From Eledone cirrhosa (lineage: Eukaryota): a stretch of 64,000 nucleotides of DNA. The notes below the pieces were generated by a model, which was not told the DNA's origin, made no database searches, and saw nothing but the letters and a program-made list of their open reading frames with translations. Location of the stretch: contig OZ024740.1 in assembly GCA_964016885.1 (NCBI GenBank), forward strand, positions 136,090,001 to 136,154,000, given 5' to 3'. The translations under genes and the position numbers were made by a program. Each line of letters opens with the position of its first letter. The first letter of the stretch is position 1. Below, piece by piece: positions 55,772 to 64,000 of this stretch.

Positions 55772-55984
55772 CTGCTGTTAGTTGGCGAGACTCGTTAAAA
55801 CAGTGCACCTGTACGGAGTGTCGGCAAACTCCAAGGTTGATGTCAAAGAGAAGACCGGTTGGACAGGTGCGTTGGTAAGGTATGCCGTAGTTGCAAACAT
55901 AAAACATGCCACAGTCGTCCGGATTCTGAAACATTCCAAACATTTCCGGACAGACGAACTGACCTAGGGCAGACTTGACCAGAA
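55772..55984 (-). CDS. Coding exon 2: end of signal peptide plus chitin-binding type-2 (CBM14) domain 1
   Basis: Acceptor TTATTTGTAG and donor CAG|GTAAG; 213 nt, phase 1-1. Translation LVKSALGQFVCPEMFGMFQNPDDCGMFYVCNYGIPYQRTCPTGLLFDINLGVCRHSVQVHCFNESRQLTA has six Cys with ChtBD2 spacing and the CPxGLxF motif. Confidence 0.9.
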
Positions 55985-56073
55985 CTACAAATAAATAATG
56001 AATAGGTAATTAATAAACAATTGACTATTGTCTAATATGTAAGGTGATATGATATAGTCAATTAAGTCATTAA

Positions 56074-56210
56074 GTATGGCTGTGTGGTTAAGGAGCTCGC
56101 TTTGTAATTACGTGGCTTAGGGTTCACTCCAACTGTACAGTATTTTGGATAAAAGTCTTCTACTATAGCCGCAGAATGGTAGACAGAAACTCTGTCTGTA
56201 GAAGCCCGTC

Positions 56211-56252
<42 letters not shown>

Positions 56253-56428
56253 ACGTTTACTCTTTCTTAATGTCTCGGAATTTAGCGGTTCCATAAAAAG
56301 ACATCGATAAAAATAAATGCTAGACGTATAATAATGCTCGTCAATATAATAGACCAAATCCCTTCAAGATGGTGTCCCATCATGGCCGCAGTCTAATGAC
56401 TGAAATCAGTAACAAAATAAAAGAATAG
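56074..56428 (+). mobile_element. tRNA-derived SINE family C with an internal (TG)n
   Basis: tggctgtgtggttaag A-box and gggttcactcc B-box, internal TG repeat, tail catggccgcagtctaatgactgaaa...aaaagaata. Confidence 0.65.
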
Positions 56429-56809
56429 TATGCGAGTGATGCGGATTTCCCATGACGGAATGAAAGTCAACTGTATGTGCACGGGTGTGATGTTTTTGTT
56501 GGTGATGGCGTTGCTGTTACTATTTCTATTTATTGTCGTTTAGTCAGCCCTAATTGAGCACACCTATGATCAGCCGTCTTCATATTCTCATCTTATTTTC
56601 GATCTTCTATTTTTTTTAATATGGTAGATTGTGATTTAAGCAAAGTGTGCTACCATTTAAGCAAATGGTGCTACCATTAAGATAACTAAGAAGCCACCTA
56701 GGGCATAGAGCTCAGAGGGGTGCATTGGTGAACCTTAAAGTATTACAGTTTTATACAAATTTTTTGTAGTTAAACTACGTATATAATAATTTCTTCTCCA
56801 AAGTTAAGA

Positions 56810-57480
56810 TATGGGAGGACTTTGGGATTAAGCAGGAATCCGACTTCAGATCAGAAAATAAAATGTTCTAGCAGACCATCCGCCGACTTCGTAATAAAAA
56901 AAATCTCTTCTCCGCACCTGCTATCAAGAAACGCGTCTGGGGTGCTCCTCTCTTCGGAGAGGTGCAACCTTGTGAGGTGGAGATAATATTTTGCTGATCT
57001 CCTAAACCCAAACACAACAGCATCTTCTGATGTACTCGAGGGGCATCTGTGAGCGATGACTAATCTCTCAGATGCTGAGGTTACAGGAGCAGTTAAAGAG
57101 CTCAAATGTGACAAGGCCACTGGAGAAGATGAAATCTGGCTCAATATGTTAAAAGACTTAAATAGAGAAGGCATTCTCTGGCTGACTCGTATGTGCTGGA
57201 TGGCCTGGATCTCTGGAACGGCACCTAAGCAATGGCAATTGTGAGTGATAATCCCAATTTTCAAAAAGAGAGACAAAAGAGATTGTTCCAATTACAGAGA
57301 GATATCATTGTTAAAGCTCCCCAGTAAAGTCTATGATGCAGGGAGACTGTCGAGTCCAAGTTAGCTGATGAACAGTGCGGTTTTCGCTCCGGACGCGACA
57401 TAGCCGACACACTGCGGTAGGTCTTCGATAAATCGTGGGAGTATTGCCAAGAGGTATATTCTTGTTTTGTTGACTGCGTC
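56810..57480 (+). mobile_element. Degenerate RTE-group RT fragment
   Basis: KATGEDEI...WLTRMC...PKQWQL*VIIPIFKKRDKRDCSNYREISLL...KVY, EQCGFRSGR. Confidence 0.75.
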
Positions 57481-58642
57481 CCAGTCACTTCCTTTACGCC
57501 GCTAACCTTTTGGGGCAAAGCATGAATGTTACAGTTCTCATTTCTTCCTTTAAAATGGCAGTGGATTGGCAGAATCGCTAGAGTGTCGGATTAAATGCTT
57601 CGTAGTAGTTAGTTACGGTCCTTTATGTTCAAAACCCGCCGAGGTTAGCTTTGCTTTTCCTCCTTACGTGGTCGATGAAATAATGTACGAGTAACGCACT
57701 GGAGTTGATTTAATTGACTCCCATAAAACAATTGTTGGTCTAAATCAGAAACAATTATTTCTTCCTTAAATCCATAGGATTTATGCCTAGATAGAAGGTA
57801 CAGAGACTTGAAGGTGAAGAGATAAGTACCAGGTAAGTCATTATTGAGTTTCTTTTTAATTCTTTCAGTTTATGGGAAATTTAGAGGGTAGTAGTGAGTT
57901 GTATTTTGTAATCCCACGTCAAACGGATTTATGATCAAAGGTGTTCCAGCCGTGACCCACCATTATTTTTAATATCATGAACTAAAGGTGTCTTTCTTTG
58001 CTTAAAATGGTAGGATGTCGTATGGAAAGGGGAGGTTGGCTGCTATTTCTAGCTGGTCAAGCAACCACATATAGGCTTCGTCTTTTTTTCGTAGCGAGTT
58101 AGCAGGTAACTGTAAAATAACAGATTAAATACCGCCAGGTATTTAATTTCGAACTTCTACATTCTTTAAGATCAGTTTACACCGTTGCCGACTTAGTTCT
58201 TCATCAAACCAAAGTCTGCAAAATCAATAACGGTAACACAATAGCATAGAAAGGTGGTTCTCAAGCATACTTTGTCGGGAGCCCTCATGGTATTTCACAA
58301 AAATCGTGCAATCCATAGCTGTCTTTTTACAAACAATTTCCATAATCCTAATTTTGTTAAATAGAATCTATTTTAGAAAATGAGTTCTTTTATATAAAAA
58401 AAGCATCTAATATTTTTTTATTACATTTTATTTTTAAACCATTGGGTGGAGAGAAATGATAGCGTGCTGAACTAAATGACTAAAGCTGGGAATTAAAATT
58501 GCTGATAGCAATTAGAATCGTGTCTGTACATTTTAAGTTTAAATCATGCAGGTGCCGATTCTGCATATTTGCATTTTGTTTTGTTTTTTCCTGGTCGATA
58601 AGTTAATAAGTCGCAGATAAAAGTCTTTGTATACCTAACTGA

Positions 58643-58763
58643 TACTGAAATGGTTTGTATACCCGCACCCCTACACTTACTGAAATTGTTTGTATAGCCG
58701 TCCCTACCCACTTACTGAAATTGTTTGTACAGCGGCCGTCACTCTCTTACTGAAATTGCTTTC
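58643..58763. repeat. 35-bp minisatellite, about 3.5 units
   Basis: TACTGAAATKG starts at 58643, 58678, 58713 and 58748. Confidence 0.85.
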
Positions 58764-59359
58764 ATGTCTAAGTAATGATATGGCAATCAAATTTATGGGG
58801 ATTTAGATTGATAAGAAATATTTCCAAAACTAAGTAGCAAGCGCCACAAGAATGAAGTGAACTCTCAGCAAAACCTAAAGGCTGCGAGGCGAGATTAATC
58901 TGTAATTGTAGCTATTTCAATTCAGTGACACAGCTAATGTCATGGGAGAAACAAACTTCATAATTCCTATTTTGAAAATGTAGGGCATTAGTGCTAAGTC
59001 AAAGAGAAACTAATATATCTAGGAATGGCGGATATGTTGTTGTTGTTGTTGTTATTAATAACTAGCTGATAAGCTTGTACCCCCTCTTCCTGCTAGTACT
59101 TGCTTGAAATGTGAGCGAAGCGAACATTTTCTAGTCCAGTAAATAAAAAATTCACCTCTAATATTTTATATATAGATTGAACAGACATTGTATTTTATAT
59201 AAATTAAATAATCCTAACTGTGATATTGGTAAGAATATTATAAGCTGCTCTTCTCTTCTATCTTTTCTGTCTTGTAACTGTTCAGCTATTCCTAACTTAT
59301 AACAACCGTTCCTTTAGTAAACGTATTTAAGACTAATCAACAGAATTCGTAATATAATC

Positions 59360-60475
59360 GGCTTGTCTCCCCACAGCCCCGGCGGACAGAATGGAGAAGG
59401 CGTTTCCCCGGAGGACGGCAAGGGAGACGCGCTGGAAAAGCCACTCCAACTTGCGGGGCTTACACCTGCGGCTGGCCAGCTCAGCACCTATGGTGGTGAG
59501 TAGGGGGTAGCCCTAGGGCCGAGGACACCAGAAGTCTCCACTGCCAAGGGTACAACCGCAAACCTGTCGGAGAGCGACTCCAACAAGGCGACCCTTTGGG
59601 CCCCCTTCTGTTTGCCCTTGGTATAGACCACATCACCCGGAGTATCACGGCCCCTCTCAACAACGTTTGGTATCTGGATGATGCCACGTTGGGCGGGCCC
59701 GTACAGACTGTCTGCCATGACCTACAATCGGTGGTTCCTGTCCTGGCGGGAATCGGCCTCCAGGTCAACTCAGCCAAGTCGGAGGTGGTGAATGTCAGCT
59801 ACGATGCTGAGAGCTTTGCAGGGTTCTCCAAAACACAATAGAACCCTCTGTGTTCAGAGAACGTGAGGCCGCCTGTGAGACGTGGGACCGGCTGGCACTT
59901 AGCCCAGTAGACGGCCCTCCTCCTTCTCCCCCTGTTGACGTCAAGTCCCTCCAAAGCACTTGGGATGCCATCCAGTGCAGCCTGGCTTCAGACAGGCTCA
60001 CGCGCCAGCTCGACCACCATCGCCTTGTCTATTTTCGTGCGGCCTCCAAACCCCACAGTGGTGCCTGGTTCCATGCCCTGCCCTCCTTCACCATTGGCAC
60101 GCAGCTAGAGAACAATAGCCTGCGCATCGGCGTTTCTTTGAGGCTAGGCCTCCGGATCTGCGAGCCACACCAATGTCTCAGTGGATCCACCGTGGACTCT
60201 TTCGGCCTCCACCCGCTTTCCTGTCGCCAAAGTGCCGGCCGCCTTCCACGCCATGCTGCCCTCAACGAGGTCATAAAGCATGGCTTGGATGCTGCAGACT
60301 TCCCTTACCAGCTCGAGACGGTGGGGCTGGACTGAGGGGACGGCGATAGGCCAGATGGCATGACCATCTTCCCGTTCCGCGGTGGCAAACCCCTCGTCTG
60401 GGATTCCACTTGCACCGACACTATCAGCAGCCACAACCTGGTGCAGTCTGCGACTAACACAGGTCCTGCTGCATG
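59360..60475 (+). mobile_element. Internally deleted CRE-clade-like non-LTR element (RT + REL)
   Basis: QQGDPLGPLLF, WYLDDATL, GLQVNSAKSE; SGAWFHALP, RLGLRIC..HQC, H.LSC, RH..LNEVI, RPDG, VWDSTC. GC-rich relative to the flanks. Confidence 0.8.
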
Positions 60476-60984
60476 TCTTGTAATAATAATTCAATTCATA
60501 ACTTGTAATCTAAACAACTCTCATCCTTTGCAGAAATTTTCATTAGAAGATTGATAATAAAAAATTTGGTGGGTACGTCCTAACATTATCATCGGGGATC
60601 ATACTATAGAACCATTACTTTTGTCCTAAGATTGAAAAATTCATAATTAAAATTTGATAATTCAAAATATTGGGTAAAAATCTAACTGCCATTTGTTTTT
60701 TTCCATCCTGAAATGCTGGTGTCAGTCTTATCACAAGACAAAGTATGCTAAGACATCTGCAGATGCTGATTAAATAGTATACCTCTCTCAGAGTCAAGAA
60801 GATGGCAGTTCGTGTCTTATCACACGACAAAGAACAGTTCACAAGAACAAGATTCTCCGATTTATTTTCATTTGATAAACAGTTTCTAACCTAAAAATAT
60901 GAAATATTACACAGAAAACTATTGTATATATATATTTCATATATCTTATATACTTTATCATACACACACACGGGTTCAATCGGG

Positions 60985-61155
60985 GATAACCACAGTAAGT
61001 AAGGTACTCAATACATAGCAGAGTATACATTTTTAATATAGAATTGGCTTCTACAGGACTAGAACTGTTTCATTCGAAGGAAATCATCAGGAAATCCTGA
61101 TGGTTTCCTTTGAATGAAACAGTTCTAGTCCTGTAGAAGCCATTTCTATATTAAA
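60985..61155. mobile_element. Palindromic Penelope-like remnant, family L (other copies at about 26225-26340 and 42585-42760)
   Basis: Arms around catcagg-aaat-cctgatg; CTGATGA/CTGATGG...GAAAC-agttcta-GTC on both strands; shares gtattgagtac with family B. Confidence 0.6.
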
Positions 61156-61756
61156 TATATATATGTCTGTGTTTGATAGGGTTTATAAGTTATATCTGTA
61201 TATATACAGAAACAAAGTAACTGAGACTGCGTACGTGTGCAAATAAATTTACATATTTGTAGTATATAGGTATGTAAGCATGCCAAATATAGATACTTTC
61301 CTGTAAATTAATAAATACCTTCAAGCGGTTTTGAAGCCCAGGTGAGCTTTAATCGAAAGGCATCTAAAGAATCATAAGGAAATACGTAATCGAGTGGCTT
61401 ATATACCCTATCACTTATAAAAGAAACCGGAAGTGGATGTACTAATTTGCATATTATTTGCACACATGTTTGGAGTTAAATAACATATATATTAAGTTGT
61501 GCGCTAAGCAGCCGAAGTATATGATAAAGTTATACTTGTATATATATTGAACAGAAGTAACCGATAGTGCGTAAATGTGTATGTTTTTTGTATATAGACA
61601 TGTGAATATAGCAGATATACGTAGTTCCCTGTAAATTGATAAAAATATAAAGTACATTCATTTATAGATAGATAGAGAGAGAGAGAGAGAGAAATTGTGT
61701 GTATGTGTGTGTGTGTGTATGTGTGCTTGTGGGTGTATGTATATATATATATATAT

Positions 61757-61937
61757 ATAGGAACAAGTATGACTCCGACGGCAGAGCTCAAGCCGTTTCG
61801 ACAGAATTAGCCAGCGAAACGGCTTGAGCTCTGCTGTCGGGGTCATACTTGTTCCTATTACCCACTCTACTACCCTAAGTATTGAGTACTTTGGTGCGTT
61901 ATGATCCATCTGGTTCCTTACCACATTTCCTTCGTTT
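61757..61937. mobile_element. Palindromic family B, copy 4 (opposite orientation)
   Basis: Reverse of the 17501 arrangement; inside (TA)n. Confidence 0.75.
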
Positions 61938-61964
61938 TATATATATATATATATATGTATATAT

Positions 61965-62068
<104 letters not shown>

Positions 62069-62078
62069 ATGAAAAGAT

Positions 62079-62184
62079 TCAGGACCCCGACGGTTGAGCT
62101 CCAGCCGTCGGGATCCTGAATCGTTTAATATTACCCACTCTACTACCCCAAGTATCGAACACTCTGGTGGGTTATAGTCTAGTT

Positions 62185-62188
<4 letters not shown>
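62079..62188. mobile_element. Family B variant folded at the stem-III hairpin
   Basis: ttcaggaccccgacgg-ttgagctcca-gccgtcgggatcctgaa followed by tattacccactctactaccc. Confidence 0.6.
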
Positions 62189-62269
<81 letters not shown>

Positions 62270-62606
62270 ATATATATACATATGGAAATTTAGCTAAAAT
62301 AGAAAATCGTAAACACTGGAAATCTACAAGTTCCGGATTCTTGTGGCAGCGTATATACACAAAATAAGCACATTTCGTTCTCTACGTTTCGCGGGAAACA
62401 TGTACAAAAAGTAAGCACGTTTCGTTGTTTACGTTTCGGCTTTCGATTCTGCTACCGGGGAATTTATCTTTGCTTTAATGAAACACGTAAATAGGACTGT
62501 GCCGGGTTTCCTTCATCAGCCGTTCCATTGTATTTCAGTTCATAAACAAGGCCATTTTTCAATAACACTATTCTTTGTTGTCATATAGAAATATAAATTA
62601 ACTTAC

Positions 62607-62685
62607 CAACAACGATGATCATATAACTTGTCATAATAGTGCTCTGTGAAATAGGCATTTGACAGATCGTGTGATGGGATGTCAT
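62607..62685 (-). CDS. Coding exon 1 (signal peptide) of a secreted double chitin-binding type-2 domain protein
   Basis: Minus strand reads MTSHHTICQMPISQSTIMTSYMIIVV-G|GTAAGT (donor at 62606, phase 1). In-frame TGA lies upstream at 62716-62718. Splicing to the next exon gives MTSYMIIVVVLVKSALG|QF, a typical signal peptide. The start could be ATG 62685, 62658 or 62634. Confidence 0.75.
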
Positions 62686-63417
62686 AATATTGTTGTTCTT
62701 CTTCTTATGCTGTCCTCACACTGTATCTGTATAACATGGGAAGTCAGAAAGTAAAATGATTCGTTTTACAAAAGAAATCCTCATATTTATATATTATCTG
62801 GCGTATGGATATGTTCACCACCGCCAACACCAGTGTCACAGACATTCCAGCGTTATTAGAAACAAACATCCCAGGGATCCCCACTACATAAATTCCAATG
62901 CAGAAGCTAACAAGACACCATCACTGTCTCACTATTGACCCCACACTATACATACGTACACGCACAAGAGACCACCACTTCCGCCATTACCTCTTCCTGT
63001 ATTTACCAATATGACAGCTGTCTTTACTACCCTCCCTATCACAAACATTATCTCTATATTTGCTAATACAATCACTGTGGTACAGCCAATACCATCACTA
63101 TTATATAACAACAAAATAAACATCAAGAAGATTGAGAAGGAGGAGGAAGGGGAGAAAAATCAACTTTGCAAACAACGATGATGACTTCTAAACAGAAGCA
63201 AAAAGTGACTAAATTAGATAGGAAAGAGTGTAACTATTTTTGGACCCAGTTAAAGGATATAAATGAAATAAGGATATAAGTTTAATTGATATCGATCTGT
63301 TTATAATATTTGGTACTTCTCATAATGTTTCTTTATATTCTAGTCACCCGACAGAAAACTATGTCTTAGCCAAATCTAGGAACTAGGGAAAATCTCAGAA
63401 ACAGTAAGGTTTCTTTA

Positions 63418-63596
63418 TTGTTTCTACATTTGGCACAAAGCCAATAAAAGTTGATTAAATCGACCCTAGTGCATTACTGGTACTTTATTTGATGGACCAT
63501 GTAAGGATGAAAGGCAAAACTAACCTCAGCGGGATTTGAACTCAAAACGTAAAGAGTCTGAATAAATACCTAATGGCTATACCAAACCACCGCCAC
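63418..63596 (-). mobile_element. SINE family A (diverged)
   Basis: Reverse complement of core, B-box and head. Confidence 0.75.
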
Positions 63597-64000
63597 CATA
63601 ATAACAACAATAAAGTAACGCCAAGAGGTCAATTTAATCGACCCCCCCCCCCCCAAAAAAAAAAAAGAATTTTGGGCCTTGTACCTAAATCAGAAACCAT
63701 TAGTAGCTACAAAGAGTTTATTAAATATAATACATTATACATCAAAATATGGAGATTACAATGTGGAATTTCTATGTGATCTTCGGCCTTCGGCGGTCTT
63801 TAGTACTTGTATAACCATCTAGACTCCTCTCCCCACATACACTTATCATTTGCCCATTCTCTGCCACGAAAGTCTCGACGAGCCAAGGGTCAACATTGAT
63901 ACACATATCCTTTATCGTGACCCTTCTTCTCAGCCTCCACATTTATTGTTGTACGAGCTTCTGTGTAAAGCACCAGCTCGGCCTTTCTGTTTGCCTCCAT

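Noticed and set aside
58643-58763. Conserved ~17-bp motif with variable spacers, CRISPR-like
   Set aside because: Eukaryotic context, only 3.5 units, spacers are short and similar to each other, and no cas genes; it is an ordinary 35-bp minisatellite.

Overview
AT-rich eukaryotic DNA dense in microsatellites. The SINE families and repeat landscape suggest an octopus or other coleoid cephalopod (inference). One host gene is supported: a minus-strand, 3-coding-exon gene (62685-62607, 55984-55772, 25243-23820; both introns phase 1, GT-AG). It encodes a secreted protein with two chitin-binding type-2 (CBM14/peritrophin-A) domains and a long Q/E/K/R-rich tail. The rest is mobile DNA. It includes a near full-length R4/Dong-clade retrotransposon plus two truncated copies, all at (CATA)n tracts; ~600-bp bipartite RTE-derived elements in (TATG)n; Tx1-, CRE-, RTE- and Helitron remnants; and about 25 tRNA-derived SINEs. 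The most unusual signal is a set of fold-back palindromes embedded in (TA)n that carry intact or decayed hammerhead-ribozyme motifs, probably Penelope-like pLTR remnants. Their fold points often coincide with hammerhead helices. Most ORFs in the supplied track are microsatellite artefacts.
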